The position numbers and the translations under genes were made by a program. Positions 1 to 10,900 of a stretch of 64,000 bases of DNA are shown here, in pieces (position 1 is the stretch's first letter; the number at the start of each line of letters is the position of its first letter). The notes below the pieces were generated by a model that was not told the origin of the DNA, ran no database searches, and was given only the letters and a program-made list of their open reading frames with translations. This DNA is from a virus (taxonomy: Duplodnaviria > Caudoviricetes), in IMG/VR virus record IMGVR_UViG_3300032038_000036, positions 36,727 through 100,726 of that record; one strand, 5' to 3'.

Positions 1-11
1 TTAAACAAAAC

Positions 12-248
12 ATGGCAGAAGAAACAGCAGCTGGAGCAGGTGGAGCAACTGAAATTGACTTAACTGAAACCAATCAGAAACTTGATGAAATTGTTAAAGC
101 ATTAGCTGGAGATCCTAAAAATTTGGTTAAAGAAATTGCAATAAAATTATATGCAAATTCAGAATTTGATAGGTCAGGCAAATCTGCCGCACAATTAGCT
201 GATGCTGCAATTGAACGTGCAAAGATATTAGTAGCAAAATTAGGTTAA
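12..248 (+). CDS. hypothetical protein
   Basis: 78 aa ORF, A-rich start context, no recognisable motif. Confidence 0.7.
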   Translation: MAEETAAGAGGATEIDLTETNQKLDEIVKALAGDPKNLVKEIAIKLYANSEFDRSGKSAAQLADAAIERAKILVAKLG

Positions 249-255
249 TAATATT

Positions 256-846
256 ATGAAAAAACTTTACATTTTTTTAATTGTCTTAATGATGATGTTT
301 TCATTAAGTAGTTGTGAAACATATACTTATGCAACAACACAAGATGATATATATGTTGAAACTGAAGTAGATGTAGTTCGTTCAAACGTATCATTTGATG
401 TTATAATACAATATGGTACTCCTTATTATAGAGATGATGTATTGTTATATTATCTTTATAGAGATATTTATTACTATCCATTCTATTATAACAATTATTG
501 GTATGTAAGAGCATATCGAAGACCATTTACTCATTTTAATACAAGGCCTTATTTTAGACCACATAGATATGATTATAGATTCAGCCCAGGACATTATAGA
601 GGATTTGATAGACCAAATAGACCTATACCTCATTATCGTCATAATCCAAATATGCGTCGTCCTGATTATCCTCCAAGACAACCTCGTCCTGATGTAGGTA
701 ATCGTAGACCTAATCAACCAAGAATTAATGGAAATCGTCCACAAAGACCACCACAAATACGTCCTAATACAAGAACAAATCAGCCAAGAATTGATAGAAA
801 TCAAAATAATCGTAGTAGAAGCGGAAATTTTGGTGGAAGACGATAA
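256..846 (+). CDS. predicted lipoprotein with Tyr-rich middle and Arg/Pro/Asn-rich disordered tail
   Basis: MKK + hydrophobic stretch + lipobox LSSC. Confidence 0.65.
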   Translation: MKKLYIFLIVLMMMFSLSSCETYTYATTQDDIYVETEVDVVRSNVSFDVIIQYGTPYYRDDVLLYYLYRDIYYYPFYYNNYWYVRAYRRPFTHFNTRPYFRPHRYDYRFSPGHYRGFDRPNRPIPHYRHNPNMRRPDYPPRQPRPDVGNRRPNQPRINGNRPQRPPQIRPNTRTNQPRIDRNQNNRSRSGNFGGRR

Positions 847-947
847 AAAATTTTTATTATTTATTGAATATAATTTAGTTGTGAACTATTTTATTATTCG
901 TTTAACAAATTAATTTTTTTATTAACTTAAATATAACATAACGTAAA

Positions 948-1142
948 ATGAAAAAGACAATTTTTGCTTTAATTTTTGCAATGATGTTAGGTTTCTCAGT
1001 TTCATCTTGTAATGGATGTGGAGCTGGAACAGCAACAGATGCAGATAGCACAAAAGTTGATACTGTACTTGTAGATAGCACAGCAGTAGACTCAGTTGTT
1101 GCAGACACAATTGCAGTAGATACTACAGTAGTTGCTGAGTAA
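948..1142 (+). CDS. small Bacteroidetes-type lipoprotein
   Basis: signal peptide ending VSSC; repeated D-S/T-x-x-V motifs. Confidence 0.65.
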   Translation: MKKTIFALIFAMMLGFSVSSCNGCGAGTATDADSTKVDTVLVDSTAVDSVVADTIAVDTTVVAE

Positions 1143-1204
1143 ATTTGAAAACTCAAATGTAGTATAGGCAGGTAGAGATACCTGCATTTTTTATCTTAAT
1201 AAAA

Positions 1205-1243
1205 TTTGAATATTATTTATTTTTTACTATATTATATTTGTAA
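1205..1243 (+). promoter_or_regulatory. putative phage promoter (TTTGAA-N15-17-CTAT..TA..TTTG)
   Basis: matches Bacteroidetes TTTG / TAnnTTTG; same motif recurs upstream of several operons. Confidence 0.55.
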
Positions 1244-1261
1244 TCAATAAATAATTTAAAT

Positions 1262-1456
1262 ATGGACAAACAAGATTGGAAACATTTCAAAAAATCATTC
1301 AAAGAGGATTGGTTTGGTTGGTTGCTCCAATTTTTTATGATTGCAATGCTTTTTGGTTTGCTTGGATATTTAGTTTATTCAAGATTTACAAATCCACAAC
1401 CTGTTAATATAAATGAAGAAGATGTTGAATTAATAATGTCAAGTACTGTTTTTTAA
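1262..1456 (+). CDS. small membrane protein
   Basis: 64 aa with one hydrophobic segment. Confidence 0.6.
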   Translation: MDKQDWKHFKKSFKEDWFGWLLQFFMIAMLFGLLGYLVYSRFTNPQPVNINEEDVELIMSSTVF

Positions 1457-1457
1457 T

Positions 1458-1829
1458 ATGAAGAAGATTCCATACAATTGTTATATTGACCGCAAAGGTT
1501 ATGTAATGCCAAAGAGCGCAGTAATCAAACTTACTCCAGATCTTATTGAATGGCTTAGTACTGATGATGCTGTTCGTTTTCTTTTTACAGATAAACCAAA
1601 TTCTTTAAAGTTAAATAAAGAGTGGCTTACTGTAGGAATTAGTCATTCTTGGGTTGGAAATATTTATGCATATGCTGCTGATGAATCAAAAGAAGTAATT
1701 GATAAATATTTTATTGATAATCCTTATGTTAAAATTTTTGATGAAAATGACGAGGCATTTATAAAATATATGAAGTGGGTTGCAAAACTTGGTCCTTGGT
1801 TTACAAAACAGAGATTCAAGAAAGATTAA
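1458..1829 (+). CDS. hypothetical protein
   Basis: 123 aa ORF abutting previous gene. Confidence 0.65.
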   Translation: MKKIPYNCYIDRKGYVMPKSAVIKLTPDLIEWLSTDDAVRFLFTDKPNSLKLNKEWLTVGISHSWVGNIYAYAADESKEVIDKYFIDNPYVKIFDENDEAFIKYMKWVAKLGPWFTKQRFKKD

Positions 1830-1911
1830 TAAATGTTAAATTTAAATAGTAAATTTGTTTTATTATATAAGATAGGTTTACTATTTTTATTTAAATATAT
1901 ACTTACATAAT

Positions 1912-2979
1912 ATGCCTAAAAGTAAATTAACATTAATTGTTGATGGAAATTGGCTTTTGATGAGTAGACTTTCGGTATTAAATAATCGTTATGTTGATGA
2001 ATTTGAATTAAATCAAGAACTTAAGTTAATGCTTATCAAATCTATAAATGTCGTTCTTCGTACATTTACAGATATTGACAATGTGATTTTTGTTGCTGAT
2101 GGCGGTTCTTGGAGAAATTCAATTGAAATACCAGATTATTTATATAAAGAGAAAACGTCAGAGGACCAATCAGTTGAATATAAAGGAAACAGAGTAAAAT
2201 CATCAGACATCAACTGGGATTTATTATTTGAATCTTATGGAGATTTTATAACAACATTACAAAGTTGCGGTATTACAGCTTGTCAAGAACAAGGAGTTGA
2301 AGGAGATGATTGGTGTTATCATTGGTCAACATATCTTAATTCACAAGGAACAAATTGTATTATTTGGACAAAGGATAATGACTTAAAACAATTAGTAAAC
2401 ATTGACTCAAATAAATGCTTTACTGTTTGGTGGAATAGTTCAAATGGTTTATTTGTTAAAGATTTTCCTGAAGAAGAATTTAATTTCTTATTTAATACAG
2501 AGTTCAATATCAATGAAGATATTTTGAATAATCTTATTCATAAGTCAGGAGAAGTACATAAAATCAATCCATCAGAAATTATAGTTGATAAGATTATAAG
2601 AGGAGATGCTGGAGATAATATTTATCCAATAATATTAAGAAAGGCAAAGACTAATTCAACACGATCATTTAAGGTTGCAACAAAAGATATTGATTATTCA
2701 TTAGATTATAAAGATGATAATGCTGTAAATAATTATATTCACAATCTTGTAAATTCAAAAAATTATGCAGGAAGAATAAATAAAACTGAGCAAGAGATTA
2801 TCAGTCATTTTAAGTATAATAGAAAACTTGTTGCTCTTGAAAAAGAATCATATCCACAAGAAATATTGGATATATTTGAAAAATATCATGATTATAACAT
2901 AAGTAAAGATACATCAATTGCTGAAAGTCAATTACAAGCCAAAAGTAATAAATTGAATGGTATTTTAGATATAATTTAA
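1912..2979 (+). CDS. rnh: 5'-3' exonuclease / T4 RNase H-like flap nuclease
   Basis: LIVDGN, YKGNR, EGDD, KDNDLKQL, GDAGDNI motifs of the FEN/PolA 5'-nuclease family. Confidence 0.85.
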   Translation: MPKSKLTLIVDGNWLLMSRLSVLNNRYVDEFELNQELKLMLIKSINVVLRTFTDIDNVIFVADGGSWRNSIEIPDYLYKEKTSEDQSVEYKGNRVKSSDINWDLLFESYGDFITTLQSCGITACQEQGVEGDDWCYHWSTYLNSQGTNCIIWTKDNDLKQLVNIDSNKCFTVWWNSSNGLFVKDFPEEEFNFLFNTEFNINEDILNNLIHKSGEVHKINPSEIIVDKIIRGDAGDNIYPIILRKAKTNSTRSFKVATKDIDYSLDYKDDNAVNNYIHNLVNSKNYAGRINKTEQEIISHFKYNRKLVALEKESYPQEILDIFEKYHDYNISKDTSIAESQLQAKSNKLNGILDII

Positions 2980-3046
2980 TTGTTAATGAATATTAAAATA
3001 TTAACACAATAATAGCTAGGAAATAACATCCTAGCTATTGTTATTT

Positions 3047-3119
3047 ATTCCTCTAGCACGGTAAAATAATAAAATAATAAAATTATATTATTCAGAAAAA
3101 TAGACCGTGATATAGGAAT
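3047..3119. repeat. ~70-bp inverted-repeat element (copy 1; copy 2 at 59084-59153)
   Basis: ATTCCTCTAGCACGGT...ACCGTGATATAGGAAT between convergent genes. Confidence 0.5.
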
Positions 3120-3122
3120 GAT

Positions 3123-3368
3123 TTACTGCTTCATTCCGTAGATTACATTAATAAATTCATCCCCAATTGTTTCTTGAATGTATTCCTTAGCAGCTGCAAG
3201 GTTCAAGCTTTCATTTACATTAGGAGACCAAATATACAATATATCATCTTCTTCAGAATATTCACTATTAATATGATAGTTTTCTTTTATGTATTGTTGT
3301 GCCTTTGATATATTGTCATTTAATCCTAAAAATGTCTCTACAAGAATTTTTTCATTTTCCTTACTCAT
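3123..3368 (-). CDS. hypothetical protein
   Basis: likely start MSKENEK overlapping stop of upstream gene. Confidence 0.65.
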   Translation of the reverse strand: MSKENEKILVETFLGLNDNISKAQQYIKENYHINSEYSEEDDILYIWSPNVNESLNLAAAKEYIQETIGDEFINVIYGMKQ

Positions 3369-3975
3369 CAATTGTATCTTCAATATTTTTGTGCAATTTT
3401 TCTTTAAGAATATCTGTTAATTCTAAAGCTAATGCTTCAACATTTACATATTTTTTGATGATATAAGCAGAAATGTCTTCAAATTTTACATCAAGAAATT
3501 CAACTAATGTATTGATTTGAGCTTCAGGAAAATCATCCCATTTTACATCTACTTCAATTTTAGGTACTGATGTTAATTTATCAAATACCTTTTTTATTAT
3601 TTGCTCATTATTGATAGGTGCTGCTGTTGCTTGTGGAACTAATGGGTCAACTCCAAATTCTTTTTCATATTCTGCAATTGCTGCAGCATCATCATTTGTT
3701 GGTTCTGCTTTCCCAACAACCTTTCCTGACTCATCATATATATCATCAGAAACTTGTATATAATCTCGTGAAAAGATTTCCATTGGAAGCTGACCTTTAT
3801 CTGTTATGATAATCATATTATCACCATCTTGTACAGTTTGATTGATACGAATTTTCTGACCTGTTTGTCTATGCATCCATATACCTTCAATACCCATACC
3901 ACTACCATCAGCACCTGGTTCAAATTCACGTCCTTGCACCTTACCTTCAAAAGGTGTTGGTTGATATTCTGCCAT
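3361..3975 (-). CDS. hypothetical protein
   Basis: 204 aa ORF. Confidence 0.7.
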   Translation of the reverse strand: MAEYQPTPFEGKVQGREFEPGADGSGMGIEGIWMHRQTGQKIRINQTVQDGDNMIIITDKGQLPMEIFSRDYIQVSDDIYDESGKVVGKAEPTNDDAAAIAEYEKEFGVDPLVPQATAAPINNEQIIKKVFDKLTSVPKIEVDVKWDDFPEAQINTLVEFLDVKFEDISAYIIKKYVNVEALALELTDILKEKLHKNIEDTIDE

Positions 3976-4052
3976 CTTTATATTAATCTTATATGTTTAT
4001 AATTAAAAATAGATAATATTAAATTTTTAATTCAAACATTTGTTAAATTTTA

Positions 4053-4586
4053 TTAATTATTTTCTTCTAATAAATACTTTCTTTTTTCTTCATCACCAAA
4101 TATATATTCAAGAATAGTATTATGAATATCTATTTCATTCTCTAAAAAATATAAATAATTAATTGTAGTAATGAATGTATTAAAATAATTAATTTCAATT
4201 AAATCTGAATTAGATATTGCTTTGTTATTTTTTGTATCAATCCAAACAACTAATATATCATACTTTTTAAATATGATTTCAGGAATTGAATTAAATTCTT
4301 CTACTGTTAAATAACAGACGTCATTATTATAAAAATCATCAATCGTTATTCCATTTGAAATATACTTATTTGTTTTTATATATAACAATGCATTGTTTTT
4401 ATATGATAGATTAACAGTATTTACATCAAGATAATAAATGTAATTTTCATTTACTTCATCTTTATATTCTGTATCTGTTGTAAATCGTGGAATAATTGAT
4501 AATTCATCATTTATTCTAACAATATCTTTTGCAACATTTAATGCTTTTTCTTTATCTAAGCATACTATAAAAGTTTTTAAATTCAT
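4053..4586 (-). CDS. degenerate guanylate-kinase-like protein
   Basis: IIPRFTT..E..Y.Y resembles the GK nucleotide-binding segment; no intact P-loop. Confidence 0.35.
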   Translation of the reverse strand: MNLKTFIVCLDKEKALNVAKDIVRINDELSIIPRFTTDTEYKDEVNENYIYYLDVNTVNLSYKNNALLYIKTNKYISNGITIDDFYNNDVCYLTVEEFNSIPEIIFKKYDILVVWIDTKNNKAISNSDLIEINYFNTFITTINYLYFLENEIDIHNTILEYIFGDEEKRKYLLEENN

Positions 4587-4608
4587 TCGTTATTACTTAA
4601 TTATTTTG

Positions 4609-7600
4609 TTAATTAATTGAGAGAGTTATAAAGTATTTATTAGTATCACGAGATTCATCAAATGCAGTATAATACATTACTGTCAAATTAAGTCCCGGAT
4701 ATACAATGTTATTATTTATAACATGTGAACCTTGTATTAAATCATTCTTAAATAATATATGGGTTCTATTTAAGTTTTGTGTTCCATATTTTGTATTTAT
4801 ATAATACATCTTTTCATTAAATTGTGGATTTTCAATTACTCGTCCATTTTCATCATATAAGATATTTTTAATATTATAAATATTTAAAGATATCATATCT
4901 TCAGCATTAGGCAATGTAATATTAAAATATGTTTTGAATAAATTATATAAAGATAACTTATAACTTGAAATACCTGTTATTTCATTAAGTTCTATTGAAT
5001 TTACTAACATATTTTCTGCTGTAAATAATGAAGATGTATAAGCAGCACTACACATTCCTATTAATGGAATTGTCATAATATTATATGTAACTCCATTAAC
5101 AATTGGTTGGAATAAAATACTTTGTTTTGATATTATTTGCTTTGATGCATTTAATATAATATTATTAAAGTCAATTGATACAGTATCGTGTGTACTAAAT
5201 TTTGTTTTTTCAAGTTCATCAACAAGTGTTTCAGTACCCACATTGATATTTGTATTTGTTGAACCAATATGTAATGTTCCTTTATTTTGTTCATCATATG
5301 ATGTACCTAAATATGCGTTATAAATTTTACCATTTTGGTCAAGTGATACAATATTTAATCTGTTAAGTACATTAAAGTTTCTATTAAATACTTCTCCAAA
5401 ATCTAATGATGGAACATTTTCATTAAATACAAATTCATTATAATTATATTTTGATTTTTCAACTTGTTCAATTTGTATTTGATGTTCAACTATATTTTCT
5501 GTTTCTGCATATTGTTTTTCAATTGTCTGTATTAATGATTCAACATTTTGTATTTGTGCACCATCAACATATACTTTAGATTTTCTTTCACTTCCAATTA
5601 ATGTACCAATGTTTCTTAACTCTTTAATAATTTCTGTTTTAGATGTTGAAACAGTAGACTGTGATTTGTAATATTTAGGATAAAGTGAATTTGTTGTTCT
5701 AATGTTTCCTAATGATGGTAAATACTTATTTGTTTGTGAATGTGTTATATGATTATTGTTTAATGTAACTGTATCGTTATATTGTATAATACCATTAAGA
5801 TCATTTAAGTATTGTCCTATATTATCATTAACTGCTGAATATTCTTCAGATTGTTTATTCTTAATGATCATCCAATTGTTTTCATTAATAGCTAATCTTT
5901 CTTGACTTAATTGTGTAATGATTGCTTTCAATAAAATTAAATCTTGGTCATTTAAGTTTTCAACTGTTTCATCATTTGTTGCATTAATAAGATTTACTGT
6001 TGAACCTAATGCTAATGCATAATCTGAATCTATTTGATTAATACATTGGAACTCATATTCATCATCAGATACTTCAGCAACACGCCACATTGTTAATATA
6101 TAAGATCCCTTATAATATGTCTTATATAATGTATCTGATAAACATTCAAGATCTGATATACTTAATATAATACTATTTCTAAAATATTCAAAGTTGTTTT
6201 TATTTATAGTAGGAATATAAGCACAACATTGAATTTTTATTGTGTATGTATTTTCAAATAAAGCAGGATGAACATTAAAGAATTTCTGTTCAAATTTTGC
6301 ACCTTTTATTTTTTCATAATTTGATACTGCATTAAGCAAATAATAACTACTTTTTTCATCACAAGCTTTATCTCTATTATATATAAGAATAATATTAGGA
6401 TTGCCTGCATCTTTACCAACAGCTCTTATAGTAGTATTTTTATCATTAATACTCCAGTTATTTTCAGCATTAATATAAGGCATTGTAAAGATATCTTTGA
6501 TTATAACAGAATTAATAAGTTTTTCATTATTTCTATTATAATTAATTTCAAAATTGTATGTTTTTACTTTACCTATATCATTATCATAATCAAATATAAG
6601 ATTAGTATTTTCTTCCCAGAAATGATTGCTTGTATTTGTTGTTTTTAAGTTAACATAATTTATATATGTATTAGTTGAGTAATAAATATACATACTATCG
6701 TTACTATTACATATATAATGGAATTGATAATTAATTGGAATATATAAGAATGTTTCTTTTGAAAAATCTGGTTTATCATCATTAGATTTTACACAAGCCT
6801 TTTCATACAATTTTGATAATATTCGTTTGATAAATCCTGCACGTGTTTCAAGATAATACTTTTCATTATAATAACTAAAAATATTATAATAAAGATTATT
6901 ACAGTCTTCATTTAACTGATATATATCTTCATTTAAATTAATTCCATATTCTGCCTTAAAATTAGCTACAATATTTTCAAATTCAGTTGAATTTATTGAA
7001 AAGAACTCATTATTGTTTGAATTATATACAAGTTCAATTGTTCCTTTATCATATAATGAATTTGGTAAATAATTCAATATTAATGATATTGGAGAATTTG
7101 ATGAAAAATGATATGAATCAACATCGTTATAACTTAATAATTCGTTTATATCATTATATTCTGCTCTTATTAATGAAAATGGAATTTCATTTGTACTTTT
7201 GTAATTACTAAACTTAAATGAAGATAAGAAACTATTATAATACTTGTTATCTAATTCTTTAAGTGTTTTAGCATTAAACATATAAAATTTCATTTCATAT
7301 TCATCAGATAATGCACTATTTGAATATCCATTACTTTTATATGTTTTATTTGTTATCATCATCAAATGAAACCAGTCCCCGTTATCATCTGAATTATCAT
7401 AATAAATCTTTGCACCAAATTTTAATAAATTAGAATTAATATCAAACTTATAGTAATATAAAATAGAATTTAAATCATCGTCATCATTAGTACCCATCAT
7501 TTTACCAACGAGCATAAATGTAAGATCTTTACCATCGTTTATACAAATACTATTCTTTCCATATTTTTCAATGCCACCTAAAATAATATCAAAACTTAAA

Positions 7601-7941
7601 TCATTAGGAAAATATAATACATCATTAATATCTAAACTTTCAGATAATGGATTGTAATTATATACTTCTCCAGTTTCTTCATCATATGTACAAGTACCAA
7701 ATACTGCAACATATTTGTCAGAATCAACTGCTTTTCTATATTGTATATATCCTAATGTTGGTGTTCCATAATATGAAGTAGATTCTCCAATTATATCACC
7801 AAATGTAAAATGTTGATATGATATACCATCACCTTTTATACCTATACGTTGTCCTAAATTTGCTAAGGCTTGTATAAGATATTCTTCAACATATTTATCA
7901 TATTCTATTGGATTCTGTAATAAATTTACACTTTTTATCAT
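4609..7941 (-). CDS. large hypothetical (probable virion) protein
   Basis: 1110 aa uninterrupted ORF, Asn/Tyr-rich. Confidence 0.75.
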   Translation of the reverse strand: MIKSVNLLQNPIEYDKYVEEYLIQALANLGQRIGIKGDGISYQHFTFGDIIGESTSYYGTPTLGYIQYRKAVDSDKYVAVFGTCTYDEETGEVYNYNPLSESLDINDVLYFPNDLSFDIILGGIEKYGKNSICINDGKDLTFMLVGKMMGTNDDDDLNSILYYYKFDINSNLLKFGAKIYYDNSDDNGDWFHLMMITNKTYKSNGYSNSALSDEYEMKFYMFNAKTLKELDNKYYNSFLSSFKFSNYKSTNEIPFSLIRAEYNDINELLSYNDVDSYHFSSNSPISLILNYLPNSLYDKGTIELVYNSNNNEFFSINSTEFENIVANFKAEYGINLNEDIYQLNEDCNNLYYNIFSYYNEKYYLETRAGFIKRILSKLYEKACVKSNDDKPDFSKETFLYIPINYQFHYICNSNDSMYIYYSTNTYINYVNLKTTNTSNHFWEENTNLIFDYDNDIGKVKTYNFEINYNRNNEKLINSVIIKDIFTMPYINAENNWSINDKNTTIRAVGKDAGNPNIILIYNRDKACDEKSSYYLLNAVSNYEKIKGAKFEQKFFNVHPALFENTYTIKIQCCAYIPTINKNNFEYFRNSIILSISDLECLSDTLYKTYYKGSYILTMWRVAEVSDDEYEFQCINQIDSDYALALGSTVNLINATNDETVENLNDQDLILLKAIITQLSQERLAINENNWMIIKNKQSEEYSAVNDNIGQYLNDLNGIIQYNDTVTLNNNHITHSQTNKYLPSLGNIRTTNSLYPKYYKSQSTVSTSKTEIIKELRNIGTLIGSERKSKVYVDGAQIQNVESLIQTIEKQYAETENIVEHQIQIEQVEKSKYNYNEFVFNENVPSLDFGEVFNRNFNVLNRLNIVSLDQNGKIYNAYLGTSYDEQNKGTLHIGSTNTNINVGTETLVDELEKTKFSTHDTVSIDFNNIILNASKQIISKQSILFQPIVNGVTYNIMTIPLIGMCSAAYTSSLFTAENMLVNSIELNEITGISSYKLSLYNLFKTYFNITLPNAEDMISLNIYNIKNILYDENGRVIENPQFNEKMYYINTKYGTQNLNRTHILFKNDLIQGSHVINNNIVYPGLNLTVMYYTAFDESRDTNKYFITLSIN

Positions 7942-7943
7942 TT

Positions 7944-10900
7944 TTATATTAACTTAAATTTGTATGAAACTTTGTAAAGTTTTTCGTTTTTGTTTGCTCT
8001 AAGTTTAATAGGTTCAATAGTCATATTACTATCATACTTATTAAATAAAAATAAAATAATATTGTTATATTCTAATCCTAAATCATTAAAATATTCTAAT
8101 AATATTTTCTTTTTTTCTTCAGTCATTTTATCTCTATTTTCTTTATATTCAGAAATTTCATCATAAGTATAAACCTTATTATCTTCAATAAATATTTCTT
8201 CAGGTAAATTGTAAACTACATTATCATTAAAATGTTTATATTCATATTGTGATAATATTGTAGGTTGTTCTATTTCTGAGTTCTTCATAAAACTTTCTGT
8301 TGTTTTTGAATAACTACCATTATAATATTTAATTCCATTATATCTATAAATGTTAATATTATCTTTAGTAAGAACATTATATTTCTTTATATAAATATCA
8401 TTATTTGTGTTATCAATAAATTGTAATTCCCAATTATCTTGAATAACATGTTTCTTAACTAATAATGGTGTTATATAATTAAAATATCTTAAAAGTTTAA
8501 TTTTCTTTGATTTTGACATTTTAATAATATTATCATATAATATTCCATCATCAGACATTAATTTATATTGTTTCTTTATATTATCGTCATTAGTTAATGA
8601 TGACATATATTCAACATTTATTTCTGCTTCATAAGGATATATAATTGTATTTGCATTTTTTGCAAATTCATTAAATACATTTAATCTCAAGAATGGTTCT
8701 AATAAATAGAATATTTTACTAAAGAAACTATTAAATCTTTCATCAGTTATTTTAATATCATCAATTGCATCAAATTTAACATTTAAGTTAAATTCATTAA
8801 GAACATTGAATGAATTGTTTGTATTATCAATATCAATATTTATATAATAGAAAGCATATTTCTTTCCATTATATTCATATGTATAAATTTTGTATTTATC
8901 GTCATATTGTAATTTATCTCCAATAAGTAAATCATATTTCATATCAAGTATAGTACTTAATGAATATAATATAATACCTCTGTTATTTATAAGCTTATAA
9001 TACAATTCATTATAATATGATTTAACGTAATCAATAATGATATCTATTCTTTTTTCATAATTATCTTTATTGATGTCTTCAACATATATTTCATTATTTA
9101 AACAATAATCATTCCATTTATCTTTGAATATTACAGCATCATTATAATTATATGATTCTATATTTACAATTTCATTAATCCAACTTATTGAAAATGTATT
9201 ATCACGCAAATGTTCAATGAATAATTCCTTATTATTCATTAATATATTAATTGTTAAATTATCTAGATTAAAATTACTTATTGATACACTAAAATTTTTA
9301 TCTATATAGAATAACGATGTTAATTCATTTTTAATATCATTAAAGAATGGTAGTAATTCATTATTATATTTTGTAATTAATGTATTAATGATATCTAATG
9401 TATTATCTAAATGTTCATCATTTAATAATCTGATACCATTTAACATTGGAGCAGACATATTTAATTCATTAATTATATTATCAATATGATCTAATGTATT
9501 ATAAACATTTAATGTATTCAAGTATACATAAATATCATATTGCTTTACAATTGTATCATATATATCTTTTAATTTGTTATAATATATACCTCCTTCAGAT
9601 AATCTTGAATCATTAAGACCATTAATTTGTCCTTCTACTAAAATTTCAAAAGTATCTTTATAGTCATTATTAAATTGAACAACATTTATATTATCTCTAT
9701 GATTAATAAAATTATCAAGCAATAATTTTTCTAACGAAATATTTTCAATGTTTTCATCAAATATAAAATAATTGAAGTTAAAATGACTTGCAAGTAACTC
9801 TTTTAATTCAATAAATGTTTCTTCTAAATTATTATGATCATTATATAATTTCTCAATATCATCAATAATAGAATAAATGTTTTTATCATTGTTTATTAAT
9901 AATGATCTAAATGTGTCATCAACATCAATTTCTTTAAAATACTTATTACTTGAAACTATGTATTTATTGTTTATACTTATTTTATTACTATTTATCATTT
10001 GTTGAATAAGATTTAAATCATATTCATTAAAATATATATTAGTAAATAATGGAGTTAAATAATCATCAGTTTCTTTGTATGTGTATTTTTCATTATTTAT
10101 TAAATCATTATTCGATATAATTGGCCACATACTTAAGTTTTCGAGTGTAGCTTTATCATTAATAAATAAGTATAAGAAATAATTATGATCTATAAGTTTT
10201 CTTAAATTACTATCAAGTAATATCATATCTTTATAAATACATAAATCAAGTTCAATATTCCAAGATATATTTATATCATATCCTGTTAAATTAACATTAA
10301 ATACAAACTTATTATTAACAGACTTCATATCTGATAATGAATTTGTTAACCAATCTAAAACAACTCCATTATCTTTTGAATTATGCAAATATATAAAATA
10401 TTCAAAGAAATCGTTAAGACATGATAAATATTTATTTTCTAATAACTTCTTTTGTTTTTTATCTTCAGCATCAACATATTGTTTATATTTACGACGTCCA
10501 TCATCTCCTAATTCAATGAATTTTTTATAAAGATATTCATATAACGTAATATATCTATCTTTAATATTTATTTTGTTCTTTTCAATATACCAACAACGTT
10601 CTTTGACATAAATAATGTCTAATAAATTATTATTTATGATTATTGAATTATAGTCGGCATCTGAATCCTTAAGTTTTCTATAAAATTCAATTAAATGATC
10701 TTTACTTAATATATTACTGTAGAATTTTTTATAAACAAATGTGGTATTAATTTTATCATTTGGATATTCTTTATTATATAATTTAATATATTCTTCAATA
10801 TTATATGGATCTACATATATATTTTTTTCATTTACCTCATTCTTTATAAAATAATCTTTAATATCAATGCCATTATTGTTTCCTAATACTTCAAATCTGT